59,524 nt of DNA from Clostridia bacterium (GCA_028701115.1 JAQVRJ010000001.1:1-59524); one strand, 5' to 3'; shown: positions 18,188 through 28,948, counted from the stretch's first letter. Notes: generated by a model not told the origin, from the sequence alone. Numbers and translations are program-made.

Positions 18188-19477
18188 TTATTTATTCTTT
18201 TTTTCTATTTTTTCTAGTCCACCCATATATGGTTGTAATACTTTTGGAATATTTACGCTACCATCCATATTATAATTATTTTCAAGTAAGGATATTAGCA
18301 TTCGTGGAGGAGCTGCAACAGTATTGTTTAGGGTATGAGCGTAATAATTTCCATCATCGGCTTTAACTCTAATTCCTAGTCTTCTACTTTGAGCATCTGT
18401 TAAGTTTGAGCAACTACCAACTTCAAAATATTTTTTTTGTCTTGGACTCCATGCTTCAACATCAACACTTTTAGATTTTAAATCAGCTAAATCACCTGAG
18501 CAACATTCTAATGTTCTAACAGGTATATCTAATGATCTGAAAAGTTCGACAGTGTAACTCCACATTTTATTATACCAATCATAACTATCTTTTGGTTCGC
18601 ATACAACAATCATTTCTTGTTTTTCAAATTGATGAATTCTATATACTCCTCTTTCTTCAATTCCATGTGCACCTTTTTCTTTTCTAAAACAAGGTGAAAA
18701 TGATGTCATATTATATGGTAATTTATCTTTTGCTAAAATTTGATCTTTAAATTTCCCAATCATTGAGTGTTCACTTGTACCAATTAAGTATAAATCTTCT
18801 CCTTCAATTTTATACATCATTGCATCCATTTCTTCAAAGCTCATTACTCCAGTTACGACATCACTTCTTATCATAAATGGTGGAATACAATATGTAAATC
18901 CTTTTCCAATCATAAAATCTCTAGCATAAGATAATACTGCAGATTCTAATCTAGCAATATCTCCCATTAAATAATAGAAACCATTACCTGCAACTCTTCT
19001 TGCAGAATCTAAATCAATACCATCAAAAGATTCCATTATTTCAGTATGATATGGAATATCGTATTCAGGAACTATTGGTTCACCAAATCTTTTTACTTCA
19101 ACATTTTCAGAATCATCTTTTCCTATTGGAACTGATTCATGAATTATATTTGGTATTTTCATCATTATTAGCTTAATTTCTTCAGCTAATTTTTTTTCAT
19201 TTTCCTCAGTTGCTATTAATTCATCATTAATAATATTTACTTGTGTTTTAATGTTTTCAGCTTCTTCTTTTTTACCTGATTGCATTAGTGTTCCAATTTG
19301 AGAACTTAATGCATTCCTTTGTTGACGAAGTTCATCACCTTTTTGTTTAGTTTCACGATTTTGTTTATCTAATTCGATAACTTTATCTACTAACTCTAGT
19401 TTGTGTTCCTGAAATTTCTTCTTTATATTATCTTTTACGATTTCAGGATTCTCTCTTACAAATTTAATATCTAACAT
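18188..19477 (-). CDS. serS: seryl-tRNA synthetase
   Basis: An N-terminal coiled-coil arm plus a class II core (FRKEKGAHG, TLNNTVAAPPR) in a 429-aa protein. Confidence 0.95.
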   Translation of the reverse strand: MLDIKFVRENPEIVKDNIKKKFQEHKLELVDKVIELDKQNRETKQKGDELRQQRNALSSQIGTLMQSGKKEEAENIKTQVNIINDELIATEENEKKLAEEIKLIMMKIPNIIHESVPIGKDDSENVEVKRFGEPIVPEYDIPYHTEIMESFDGIDLDSARRVAGNGFYYLMGDIARLESAVLSYARDFMIGKGFTYCIPPFMIRSDVVTGVMSFEEMDAMMYKIEGEDLYLIGTSEHSMIGKFKDQILAKDKLPYNMTSFSPCFRKEKGAHGIEERGVYRIHQFEKQEMIVVCEPKDSYDWYNKMWSYTVELFRSLDIPVRTLECCSGDLADLKSKSVDVEAWSPRQKKYFEVGSCSNLTDAQSRRLGIRVKADDGNYYAHTLNNTVAAPPRMLISLLENNYNMDGSVNIPKVLQPYMGGLEKIEKKNK

Positions 19478-19496
19478 TTTTTACCATTTCCTTTCA

Positions 19497-19727
19497 AAAA
19501 AAATAACCATATATCCTATGTATAGGACGATATAGTCGTGGTGCCACCTAAATTTGTAATATACATTTATATGTATATTACCTTATGCATTATAACCTAT
19601 GCTACAGGTTTAACTTGTTTCGTTAAAAGCTCATAAGTGGATTCATAGATAACATATATTGATTTTCACCAAACATCAACTCTCTGAAATAAATTAACTA
19701 TTACTATTCTTAATCTTTGCAATTATA
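19497..19727 (-). promoter_or_regulatory. T-box leader (tRNA-Ser responsive) of serS
   Basis: The minus strand shows stem I signatures (CAGAGAG...GGTGAAA) and the T-box sequence AGGTGGCACCACG (complement of 19537-19549). A terminator hairpin and T-run follow. The candidate specifier is TCC (Ser) in a GAATCCA context (complement of 19639-19641). The upstream promoter is TTGAAA-N17-TATAAT (19733-19761, minus strand). Confidence 0.8.
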
Positions 19728-19896
19728 TTAGTATTATATATCAAATATATTAATTTTTCAAGTAATTGTTGAAATTATGTTAAAAGATTATTTCATTTTT
19801 GATATTTTTTTCTGATTTATGAAAAAACATATCAGTTAACATAAACAAGAAAAATTAATAAAAATTAAAAAAATTTAATTTTTTTTCAAAAAACCC

Positions 19897-19925
19897 TTGC
19901 ATAATTGATTTATATATACTAAAAT
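19897..19925 (+). promoter_or_regulatory. dcw cluster promoter (P-mraZ)
   Basis: TTGCAT (19897-19902)-N17-TAAAAT (19920-19925). Confidence 0.6.
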
Positions 19926-19933
19926 ATGTGCAA

Positions 19934-19957
19934 GTGGTAGAAAGTGGAGTAAAGTGG
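19934..19957 (+). promoter_or_regulatory. putative MraZ operator: three GTGG direct repeats with 10-nt phasing
   Basis: GTGG occurs at 19934, 19944 and 19954, between the promoter and the mraZ start. Confidence 0.55.
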
Positions 19958-19968
19958 AGGTGAAAATA

Positions 19969-20400
19969 TTGTTCTACGGAGAATATGATCATACAATCGA
20001 CGAAAAAGGAAGACTTATCGTTCCATCGAAGTTTAGAGAAGAATTAGGCGTAAGCTTTATAGTAACTAAAGGATTAGATGGATGTTTGTTTGTGTATTCA
20101 AAAAACGAGTGGGCAATATTGGAAACTGAAATTAATTCACTACCATTGACAAAAGGCGATGCAAGAGCATTCAGTAGATTCTTGTTTGCAGGAGCAACAG
20201 AAGTTGAAATTGACAAACAAGGTAGAATATTAGTAGCACCAAATTTAAGAAGTGCTGCAAAGATTTCTAAAGATGTTATTGTTATTGGAGTAGGTACTCG
20301 TGTTGAAATATGGGATAAAGAAACATGGGAGAACTACTGTAATAATGGTGATGTAAGTCCTGAAGATATTGCAGAGAAATTGTCTGACCTAGGTATATAA
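19969..20400 (+). CDS. mraZ: transcriptional regulator MraZ
   Basis: Two SpoVT/AbrB-like halves carry DEKGR and DKQGR motifs. I favour a TTG start at 19969, 6 nt after GGAGGTG, which gives the typical N-terminus (M)FYGEY. The track start at GTG 19954 lies inside the SD. Confidence 0.85.
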   Translation: MFYGEYDHTIDEKGRLIVPSKFREELGVSFIVTKGLDGCLFVYSKNEWAILETEINSLPLTKGDARAFSRFLFAGATEVEIDKQGRILVAPNLRSAAKISKDVIVIGVGTRVEIWDKETWENYCNNGDVSPEDIAEKLSDLGI

Positions 20401-20492
20401 TCTCAACCTCAGTTGAATTATATAAATTATACTAAAGAAAAAATAATTAATATACAAATGATAAGATTTTAAATTACGAAAGATAAAATTAC

Positions 20493-20523
20493 ATGACAGC
20501 TTTATTTTGTATAAAGCTGTCAT
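20493..20523 (+). other. perfect 12-bp hairpin between mraZ and rsmH
   Basis: atgacagcttta (20493-20504) and taaagctgtcat (20512-20523) flank a 7-nt loop. The downstream U-tract is weak. Confidence 0.5.
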
Positions 20524-20555
20524 AGTTAAATTTTAAAGAATTATGAGGTGCAAAA

Positions 20556-21479
20556 TTGGAGTTTAGACATTATTCTGTAATGCTAAATGAATGTATTGAA
20601 ATGCTGAAAATTAAACCTGATGGTATTTATGTTGATGGTACATTAGGTGGGGCAGGTCATTCATTTGAAATAGCAAAACGATTAAACGAAAATGGATTAC
20701 TTATTGGAATAGAACAGGATAATGAAGCAATTCAAGCAGCAACTCAAAAATTATATAATTTTAATAATGTAAAAATTATTAAAGACAACAGTAAAAATAT
20801 TTTACATATACTTGAAAATTTAAGTATTAAAGGTGTTGATGGTGTACTTTTAGATTTAGGAGTATCATCATATCAATTGGATAATCCAGAAAGAGGTTTT
20901 AGTTATAACTTAGATGCTCAATTGGATATGAGAATGGATAGAGATAATTTATTAACTGCTAAAAAAGTTGTAAATGAATATTCATATGAAGATTTAGTAA
21001 AAATTTTATTTGAATATGGTGAAGAGAATTATGCAAAGAGTATTGCAAAAAATATTTGTAAATACCGTGAAGAAAAAGAAATAAATACAACTTTTGAATT
21101 AGTAGATATAATAAAAAAATCTATTGGAAAGTATGATGATAAACATCCAGCTAAAAGAACTTTTCAAGCAATAAGAATAGAAGTAAATGGAGAATTAAAA
21201 ATTCTTGAAAATGAAATAACAGATATGATAGCATCTTTAAATAAAGGTGGAAGATTATGTGTAATAACATTTCATTCATTAGAAGATAGAATTGTGAAAA
21301 ATGTATTTAATGAACATTTAGGAAAATGTATATGTCCTAAAGATTTCCCAGTATGTACATGTGGTTGTAAACCAGTGATAGAAATAATTACTAAAAAAGT
21401 AATACTACCATCACAAGAAGAATTGGAGAATAATTCCAGATCAAAAAGTGCAAAATTAAGAGTAATTGAAAAAATATAA
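20556..21479 (+). CDS. rsmH: 16S rRNA (cytosine1402-N4)-methyltransferase RsmH
   Basis: [16 protein letters not shown] and [11 protein letters not shown] motifs are present. The start codon is TTG. Confidence 0.9.
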   Translation: MEFRHYSVMLNECIEMLKIKPDGIYVDGTLGGAGHSFEIAKRLNENGLLIGIEQDNEAIQAATQKLYNFNNVKIIKDNSKNILHILENLSIKGVDGVLLDLGVSSYQLDNPERGFSYNLDAQLDMRMDRDNLLTAKKVVNEYSYEDLVKILFEYGEENYAKSIAKNICKYREEKEINTTFELVDIIKKSIGKYDDKHPAKRTFQAIRIEVNGELKILENEITDMIASLNKGGRLCVITFHSLEDRIVKNVFNEHLGKCICPKDFPVCTCGCKPVIEIITKKVILPSQEELENNSRSKSAKLRVIEKI

Positions 21480-21509
21480 GTTTTATATCTTAGAAAGGTG
21501 GTGAATGTA

Positions 21510-21989
21510 ATGGTAACAAATAGAAGTTATGAATATGGCACTAGCCCGCGCAAAATAAAGCCTAGTATTAAAACTAATAATGCACATAAAAAGGCTAAAG
21601 CGAAAGCTCAAAAAGAAAAAAAACATAAAGCAGTATTTAAATTAATGCTTGTTTCTTTATCTGTGATTACTTTTGCAATATTATTAGGAATATGTTATCG
21701 TTATTCGCTAATCAATCAAGAATTTAAAGATATACAAGGTGTTAAAAAAGAATATTTAGCTTTACAAGCTGCAAACGATCAAATGGAAATTGGAATACAA
21801 AGCCAATATGATTTAACAGTTATCGAGAGATATGCAAAAGATAAATTGGGAATGCAAAAAGCTGATGCCAATCAAATTAAATATTTGGATATAGAAAAGA
21901 AAGATAAAGTTGAATTAAATCAAAATATATTAAATAATAATAATGTATTTCAAAATGTTTTAGATGAAATACTAAAAGTTTTAGACTAA
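21510..21989 (+). CDS. ftsL: FtsL-like cell division protein
   Basis: Its position after rsmH, a basic N-terminus, a single TM helix and a coiled-coil region support the call. The ATG at 21510 lies 6 nt after AAAGGTGGTG. Confidence 0.6.
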   Translation: MVTNRSYEYGTSPRKIKPSIKTNNAHKKAKAKAQKEKKHKAVFKLMLVSLSVITFAILLGICYRYSLINQEFKDIQGVKKEYLALQAANDQMEIGIQSQYDLTVIERYAKDKLGMQKADANQIKYLDIEKKDKVELNQNILNNNNVFQNVLDEILKVLD

Positions 21990-21991
21990 TT

Positions 21992-22040
21992 AGCTAGAAA
22001 TAAAAGATAATATCTTTTTTATATTTCTAGCTTTTATTAT
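21992..22040 (+). terminator. long hairpin/terminator between ftsL and the PBP gene
   Basis: agctagaaat (21992-22001) pairs with atttctagct (22023-22032). An inner gata/tatc stem is present, and TTTTATTAT follows. Confidence 0.5.
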
Positions 22041-22086
22041 AACTTAAGGGGGGGTTACTATTAGTATTACGAAATTATCATCAAGG

Positions 22087-24240
22087 ATGAAAATAATATT
22101 AGCATTATTTTTAATAATATTTATGGTTGTTATTATTAGATTAATTTTTGTTCAAGTTATAAATGGAGATTATTATAAACAAAAAGCTTATCAGCAGCAA
22201 ACAAATGATACATTAATTAGTGCTAATAGAGGTACTATATATGATATAAATAATCAAGAACTTGCAATAAGTGCATCTGTTGAAACAATAGTTGTTAATC
22301 CTCCTCAAATAAAAACTGATGAGGCTAGACAAAAAATAGCAAAATATTTTAGTGATAATTATTCTTTAGATTATGATACTTTGTTAGCTACTGTTAGTAA
22401 AAAAACACAATCTTCTTTAGTTATAATGAAAAAAGTAGGAAAAGAAGTAACTGATGAAGTAAGAAAATGGATATCTGAAGAAAAGATAAAAGGAATTTCT
22501 TTTATTGAAGATGTTAAAAGATATTATCCTTATGGGAGTTTAGCATCACATATATTGGGCTTTTGTGGAACGGATAATCAAGGACTTTATGGAATAGAAT
22601 TAAAATATGAAAATTATTTAAAAGGAGTTCCTGGAAGAGTTGTTACAACAAAAGATGCGAATAGTAATGATTTGCCTCTTGAAAGTGAAAGATATATAAA
22701 TTCTGAAGATGGAAACAATATCGTGCTTACTATAGATGCAACAATTCAGCATATTACAGAGAATTATTTAAGCCAAGCAATTGAAGAATATAATTGTTTA
22801 AGTGGGGGAACTGCAATAGTAATGAGACCAAGTACAGGTGAAATACTTGCAATGAGTTCTCAACCGGATTATAATTTAAATGATCCATTTACACCAACAG
22901 ATGAAGATGTGTTAAAGGTGTGGGATAATTTGTCTACAGAAGAGAGGGTAAAAATTAGAAATGAAATGTGGAGAAATACAGTAATTAGTTCTACATATGA
23001 ACCAGGTTCTACATTTAAATTATTAACAGCTGCAATGGCTGTTGAAGAAAAAGCTGTTGATACAGATAAAGTTATTTATACAGCAACTGGTGTAATAAGA
23101 GTTGGAGGATGGCCAATACATTGTTGGAGATCATACAATCCACATGGAGCTCAAACATTAGCACAGGGCTTACAAAATTCTTGTAATCCATTATTTGTAT
23201 ATGTTGGTTCGAAAATAGGAACCACTGATTTTTATAAATATCTTCGTTCTTTTGGATTAATGGAAAGAACAGGAATAGATTTGCCAAGTGAATCAACAAG
23301 TACATTTTGGGAAGAGAAATCTGTAGTGCCTGCTGATTTAGCAGTTATGTCATTTGGCCAAAGATTTGAAATAACTCCATTACAATTAATAACAGCTATT
23401 AGTGCACTTGCAAATGATGGTACATTAATGAAACCAATGATTGTAAAAAGGATAACCGATAGTAATGGTAATATTGTAACTGAATATGAGCCAACTGAAG
23501 TAAGACAAGCTGTATCAAAAGAAACAGCAGATAAATTATTAGAATATGCTGAATCAGTAGTTTCATTGGGAACTGGAAAAAGAGCACAAATTGTTGGATA
23601 TAAAATAGGTGGTAAGACAGGTACTGCTGAACAAGGTACAAATGATGATCATTATGTAGCATCTTTTGTAGGAATAGCTCCAGCTTATAATCCAGAGTTT
23701 ATTGTATTAGTAACATTAAAGGATCCGGGTGATAAAAATAATAGGCAAGGTGGAGTTTTAGGTGCTACTACAGCTAAAAAAATAATGAGTGATATATTAA
23801 GTTATTTGGAAATACCTATGGATTATGATATTGATGCACAAGAAACTAATGGAATAAAAGTTCCAGATGTAAGAACAAAAACAATTACAGAAGGAATGAA
23901 ATTATTAAAAACAGCAGGATTTAATGTTGAAATAGATTTTGATGGAGATAAGAATGCTACATCTATTTCTGATCAATTACCAGTACCGGGTACATTATTA
24001 AAGAAAGGTTCAATTATTAAATTATATGCAGCAGACAATGATGTTAGAGTTTCAGTAGAAGTTCCATCAGTAATAGGAAAAACTGCAGCAGAAGCAGAAG
24101 CCCTATTGAAAAAAGTTGGATTAAATATTAAAATAAGTGGTACAGGAAAAGTTGTTACACAAGATCCACCTTCTGGAACAAATATAGAAGAAGGAACAGT
24201 AATAAGAGTTGAGATGGATAATTTAACAGAGTTACATTAA
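22087..24240 (+). CDS. class B penicillin-binding protein (FtsI/PBP2B/SpoVD type) with two C-terminal PASTA domains
   Basis: STFK, SCN and KTGTA motifs plus two PASTA-like repeats at the C-terminus. The start is uncertain, because a strong AAGGGGGGG SD lies ~35 nt upstream of the ATG. Confidence 0.85.
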   Translation: MKIILALFLIIFMVVIIRLIFVQVINGDYYKQKAYQQQTNDTLISANRGTIYDINNQELAISASVETIVVNPPQIKTDEARQKIAKYFSDNYSLDYDTLLATVSKKTQSSLVIMKKVGKEVTDEVRKWISEEKIKGISFIEDVKRYYPYGSLASHILGFCGTDNQGLYGIELKYENYLKGVPGRVVTTKDANSNDLPLESERYINSEDGNNIVLTIDATIQHITENYLSQAIEEYNCLSGGTAIVMRPSTGEILAMSSQPDYNLNDPFTPTDEDVLKVWDNLSTEERVKIRNEMWRNTVISSTYEPGSTFKLLTAAMAVEEKAVDTDKVIYTATGVIRVGGWPIHCWRSYNPHGAQTLAQGLQNSCNPLFVYVGSKIGTTDFYKYLRSFGLMERTGIDLPSESTSTFWEEKSVVPADLAVMSFGQRFEITPLQLITAISALANDGTLMKPMIVKRITDSNGNIVTEYEPTEVRQAVSKETADKLLEYAESVVSLGTGKRAQIVGYKIGGKTGTAEQGTNDDHYVASFVGIAPAYNPEFIVLVTLKDPGDKNNRQGGVLGATTAKKIMSDILSYLEIPMDYDIDAQETNGIKVPDVRTKTITEGMKLLKTAGFNVEIDFDGDKNATSISDQLPVPGTLLKKGSIIKLYAADNDVRVSVEVPSVIGKTAAEAEALLKKVGLNIKISGTGKVVTQDPPSGTNIEEGTVIRVEMDNLTELH

Positions 24241-24252
24241 AGGAGGAATATT

Positions 24253-25725
24253 ATGAAGTTATGTGAATTATTAAAAGGTGTAGAGGTAGTTAGTATTATC
24301 AATGACAGAGATATTGAAATTGCTAATGTGGATGAAGATTCAAGAAGAGTAAAAGAAAATACATTATTTATATGTGTAAAAGGTGCTATAAATGATGGAC
24401 ATGATTTTATTCCAGATGTAATAGAAAAAGGTGCGACAGCAATACTTGTAAATGAGGATTATGATGAATCACAAATTAAAGATGATGTTGTTATAATCAA
24501 AGTAAAAGATACTGTAATAGCATTAGCGCAAATTTCATGTACATATTTTGATAATCCAACACATAAATTCAAACTTATAGGCGTAACTGGAACGAAAGGA
24601 AAAACAACAACAACATATATGATAAAATCAATCTTAGAAAAAGCTGGGAAAAAAGTTGGCTTGATTGGAACTATATGTAATATGATAGGAGATAAAAAAT
24701 ATGCTTCTATAAATACAACACCAACAGCATTTCAATTACAAGCATTATTTTATAAAATGGCACAAGAAAAAGTTGATGTAGTTGTTATGGAAGTTTCATC
24801 ACATGCTCTTGCAATGAATAGAGTAATTGGTTGTGATTTTGATATAGGTATATTTACAAATTTATCTCAAGATCATATGGATTTTCATAAAACTTTTGAA
24901 AATTATATTGAAGCAAAAAGTATTTTATTTAAAATGTGTAAATATGGTTTTGTAAATTGTGATGATATGTATTCATTAACAATTGAAAAAAATGCAACTT
25001 GTCCAATTTCAACTTTCGGTATAGATAATGGACCAAAGATAGCCGCAAAGGATATAATAATTACAAATTCTTATGCTGAATTTAAACTTATGGTTAATAA
25101 TAGACCACAAAAAATAAAAGTTGGAATACTTGGAAGATTTACTGTATATAATGCTTTAGCAGCAATTAGTGCAGTATCATTATTAAATATAGATTTTCTA
25201 TATATAAAAGAAGGATTAGAAAATGTTACAGTACCAGGTAGAGCAGAATTAGTTCCTAATATGCATGGATTAAATATTATGATAGATTATGCTCATTCAC
25301 CTGCAAGCTTAGAAAGTATATTAAAAGCAGTTAAACCATATACAAAAGGAGAAGTTATTTGTGTATTTGGTTGTGGTGGGGATAGAGATAAAACTAAGAG
25401 ACCTATTATGGGAAAAATAGCGGGAGAAAATGCTAATTTTACAGTTATAACTTCAGATAATCCAAGAACGGAAAATGCAAAAGACATTGTAGATCAAATA
25501 GAAGAAGGAATTAAAGAAACAAAAGGAAAATATAAAGTAATTGTTAATAGAATAAATGCAATTGAATTTGCAATAAAAAGAGCAAAGAAAAATGATTTAA
25601 TAATTCTTGCTGGCAAAGGACATGAAACTTACCAAATTGTTGGAACAGAGAAAAAACATTTTGATGAGAGAGAAATCGTTGCAAATATTTTGAAAAAGCT
25701 TCCATTATCAGATGATATATTTTAA
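24253..25725 (+). CDS. murE: UDP-N-acetylmuramoyl-L-alanyl-D-glutamate--2,6-diaminopimelate ligase
   Basis: GVTGTKGKTTT P-loop and a DNPR motif (SDNPRTE) typical of DAP-adding MurE. Confidence 0.9.
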   Translation: MKLCELLKGVEVVSIINDRDIEIANVDEDSRRVKENTLFICVKGAINDGHDFIPDVIEKGATAILVNEDYDESQIKDDVVIIKVKDTVIALAQISCTYFDNPTHKFKLIGVTGTKGKTTTTYMIKSILEKAGKKVGLIGTICNMIGDKKYASINTTPTAFQLQALFYKMAQEKVDVVVMEVSSHALAMNRVIGCDFDIGIFTNLSQDHMDFHKTFENYIEAKSILFKMCKYGFVNCDDMYSLTIEKNATCPISTFGIDNGPKIAAKDIIITNSYAEFKLMVNNRPQKIKVGILGRFTVYNALAAISAVSLLNIDFLYIKEGLENVTVPGRAELVPNMHGLNIMIDYAHSPASLESILKAVKPYTKGEVICVFGCGGDRDKTKRPIMGKIAGENANFTVITSDNPRTENAKDIVDQIEEGIKETKGKYKVIVNRINAIEFAIKRAKKNDLIILAGKGHETYQIVGTEKKHFDEREIVANILKKLPLSDDIF

Positions 25726-25742
25726 AGAAAGATGGTGAAGTA

Positions 25743-26696
25743 ATGAATATACAAATGTTCTATTTGTTAATATCATTTTTAGTAACAGTAGTATTGGGGT
25801 TTATAACATTACCTATATTAAAAAAAGCAAAAGCCAATCAAATAATTAGAGATGATGGACCAAAAACACATTTAACAAAAGCAGGAACACCAACTATGGG
25901 TGGAATAATAATTCTTGTAACAATATTAGTATTATCTATAGTTTTGTGTTTTCAATTTCCGCATATATTACCATTTGCATTATTTGTTTTTGCTTTTGGT
26001 ATAATTGGTTTTATTGATGATTTTAGAAAGTTAATATTAAAAAATCCAGAAGGTTTATTACCTAAATATAAAATGTTGGGATTAACAATAGTTGCAGTTG
26101 CATTTGTTGTATATTTACAATTTGGTTTGAATTTAGGAACAGAAATATTTATTCCATTTCTTAATATATTTTTTGAATTACCAATGTGGTTGTATATATT
26201 ATTTAGTATATTTGTTATTTTGTCATGTACCAATAGTTTGAATTTAACAGATGGGCTAGATGGATTAGCCACAGGAATTATGGTTATTATTATGACATTC
26301 TTTACAGTAGTAAGTGTAATGTATAATTGTTTGGAAATGTCATTGTTTAGTAGTATTGTATTAGGAAGCTGTATAGGATTTTTATTATTTAATTTGAAAC
26401 CAGCAAAAATGTTTATGGGAGATACAGGCTCACTTGCATTAGGCGGAGTATTTTGTGCAGTAGCATTATATTTAAAATTACCATTAGTATTAATTATTGT
26501 TGCAGGTATATGTGTAGTTGAAGCTATATCTGTAATTATACAAATAGTGTATTATAAAAAAACAAAAAAGAGATTCTTTAAGATGGCACCATTGCATCAT
26601 CATTTTGAATTATCTGGAATGACAGAATGGCAAGTTGTATGGATGTTTTGGATTATTACAATTGGATTATGTGTTATAGGATATTTTATAGTTTAA
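25743..26696 (+). CDS. mraY: phospho-N-acetylmuramoyl-pentapeptide transferase
   Basis: GTPTMGG, NLTDGLDGLA and APLHHHFE motifs. Confidence 0.95.
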   Translation: MNIQMFYLLISFLVTVVLGFITLPILKKAKANQIIRDDGPKTHLTKAGTPTMGGIIILVTILVLSIVLCFQFPHILPFALFVFAFGIIGFIDDFRKLILKNPEGLLPKYKMLGLTIVAVAFVVYLQFGLNLGTEIFIPFLNIFFELPMWLYILFSIFVILSCTNSLNLTDGLDGLATGIMVIIMTFFTVVSVMYNCLEMSLFSSIVLGSCIGFLLFNLKPAKMFMGDTGSLALGGVFCAVALYLKLPLVLIIVAGICVVEAISVIIQIVYYKKTKKRFFKMAPLHHHFELSGMTEWQVVWMFWIITIGLCVIGYFIV

Positions 26697-26708
26697 TAGG
26701 AGGAATAA

Positions 26709-27827
26709 ATGAAGTCTAAATCTTCGCGTAAACCTATGGATTTACCTTTATTAATAATTACATTAGTATTAGTTGCATTAGGACTTATAGCAGTATTAAG
26801 TGCGAGTGCTCCTTTTGCTTTAACTATGTATGATGATAGTTATTACTTTTTTAATAGGCAATTTTTATTTGCAATTGCTGGTGTAGTAATAATGTTTGTA
26901 ATATCATTAATAGATTATAAAAAATATAAAAAAATAGCAACTCTTGGTTTAATCGTTGGTATTCTTTTAATATTAGCAGTTTTTATTCCTGGGTTAGGTG
27001 TAACAAGGAATGATGCAACAAGATGGTTAGATATAGGAATAATAAAACAATTTCAACCTTCAGAATTGACTAAAATAGCATTAATAGTGTTTTTAGCAGG
27101 AATATTATCTCAACCTAAATATGGTGAATTAATTAAAAATAGATTTTGGTTTTTTTTAGCATTGTTAGGTATTGTTGCTGTTATAGGAGGAATACTTTTA
27201 CTTCAACCTCATATGAGTGCTGCAATTATAATAGCCATAATTGCATTAGCTATTATGTTTGCTGCTGGATTAAAAGTAAGATATATTTTAGCGTTAGTAC
27301 CTGTTGCAGTTGCAGGAATTGGTGCTCTGATTATTAGTGCTCCATATAGATTAGATAGATTAAAATATTGGTTAGATCCATGGTTAGATTTACAAGGCGA
27401 TGGTTGGCAGTTGGCACAATCTTTAATGGCAGTTGGTTCAGGTGGAATATTTGGATCTGGTATAGGGCAAAGTATACAAAAATATATGTACTTACCAGAA
27501 CAATATAATGATTTTATATTTGCTGTTTGGTGTGAAGAATGTGGATTAATAGGAGCTATATTGTTGATAGTGTTGTTTATAATTTTTATATATCGTGGTA
27601 TAGTAATAGCTTCAACATGTAAGGATAAATTTGGTTCATATATAGCAATCGGTATTACAACTATGATTGGAATACAAGCATTATTTAATATTGCGGTTGT
27701 AACTGGTACAATTCCAGTTACAGGAATGTCATTACCATTCTTTAGTTATGGTGGTTCATCTTTATTAGTATTACTCGCTTCGACAGGAATACTATTAAAT
27801 ATATCACGTAACTGCGAGAGGAGTTAG
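26709..27827 (+). CDS. ftsW: FtsW/SpoVE (SEDS family) peptidoglycan polymerase
   Basis: A 10-TM SEDS pattern with PSELTK and LPFFSYGGSS motifs. Confidence 0.9.
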   Translation: MKSKSSRKPMDLPLLIITLVLVALGLIAVLSASAPFALTMYDDSYYFFNRQFLFAIAGVVIMFVISLIDYKKYKKIATLGLIVGILLILAVFIPGLGVTRNDATRWLDIGIIKQFQPSELTKIALIVFLAGILSQPKYGELIKNRFWFFLALLGIVAVIGGILLLQPHMSAAIIIAIIALAIMFAAGLKVRYILALVPVAVAGIGALIISAPYRLDRLKYWLDPWLDLQGDGWQLAQSLMAVGSGGIFGSGIGQSIQKYMYLPEQYNDFIFAVWCEECGLIGAILLIVLFIIFIYRGIVIASTCKDKFGSYIAIGITTMIGIQALFNIAVVTGTIPVTGMSLPFFSYGGSSLLVLLASTGILLNISRNCERS

Positions 27828-27830
27828 AAG

Positions 27831-28919
27831 ATGAAAGCTATAATTGTTGCAGCAGGAACTGGTGGTCATATAACACCTGGAATAAGTATTGCTAACAAAA
27901 TAATGAGAGAAGAACCAGATAGTAAAATAATATTTATTGGAACTAAAAATGGTATGGAGAATGATATTGTTTTAAAAGAAGGTTATGAAATAAGACATAT
28001 TAGAGCAGAAGGTTTAAAGCCAGGTTTGGATTTAGATAATATTAGAATTCTTTTTAATATTTTATTTGGTATTGGTGATGCAAAAAAAATTATAAAAGAA
28101 TTTAAACCAGATGTTGTAATAGGAACAGGTGGATATGTATCATTCCCTATATTTAAAGTAGCAACAAAAATGAAAATACCAACTATGTTGCATGAAAGTA
28201 ATTCTATACCTGGTAAAGTCGTGAAGATTATGGCACATAAAGTTAATACTATAATGGTAGGCTTTAAAAAAACAAAAGAAAATATGAAAGATGCAGATAA
28301 TGTTGTATATACAGGAACACCAACAAAAATGTTAACATATGTTTCACCAATTAATTTAAAAGAAAAATTAGTATTAAAAATTGATTTACCAATATTGTTA
28401 ATAACAGGTGGTAGTCAGGGCGCAAAAAAATTAAATGAGAATGTTATTCAAGTATTAAATAAGACTAAAGATAGAAAATACCAAGTTATATTTGTAACAG
28501 GAAAAAATAATTATGATTATGCAGTGCAAAATATACAGAACAAAGAAAATGTACAGATTATTTCATATGCATATAACATGGAAGAATATATGTCTATTGC
28601 AGATGTTATTATTTCAAGAGCAGGTGCATTGAGTTTAACAGAAATATGTATAATGGGTATACCTTCAATAATAATACCTTTCCCATATTCTGCAGAGAAT
28701 CATCAAATATATAACGCACAAGTATTAAAAGATGCTGGAGCAGGAGAAGTAATAATAGAAGAGGATCTAACAATAGAGTTATTAAAAGATACTTTAGAAA
28801 GAATAATATATAATAAGGAATTGTTACAAGATATGCGAAACAAGGCTAAGGGATTAGCTGTAATGAATGCAGAAGATGTAATATATAAAGAAATAAAGAA
28901 AGCTATAGGTAATTGCTAA
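27831..28919 (+). CDS. murG: undecaprenyldiphospho-muramoylpentapeptide beta-N-acetylglucosaminyltransferase
   Basis: AAGTGGH, GGSQGA and ENHQIYNA motifs. Confidence 0.95.
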   Translation: MKAIIVAAGTGGHITPGISIANKIMREEPDSKIIFIGTKNGMENDIVLKEGYEIRHIRAEGLKPGLDLDNIRILFNILFGIGDAKKIIKEFKPDVVIGTGGYVSFPIFKVATKMKIPTMLHESNSIPGKVVKIMAHKVNTIMVGFKKTKENMKDADNVVYTGTPTKMLTYVSPINLKEKLVLKIDLPILLITGGSQGAKKLNENVIQVLNKTKDRKYQVIFVTGKNNYDYAVQNIQNKENVQIISYAYNMEEYMSIADVIISRAGALSLTEICIMGIPSIIIPFPYSAENHQIYNAQVLKDAGAGEVIIEEDLTIELLKDTLERIIYNKELLQDMRNKAKGLAVMNAEDVIYKEIKKAIGNC

Positions 28920-28948
28920 ATATTAATATATATGTTATAATATTTAAC

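Noticed and set aside
22900-23700. Minus-strand ORFs 23072-23305 and 23399-23662 inside the PBP gene, and similar antisense ORFs inside rbr, plsY, gpsA, der, lepA, ftsY and the UDPGP genes.
   Set aside because: All lie within well-supported genes on the opposite strand. They have Leu/Phe/Ile/His-rich translations and no translation signals.
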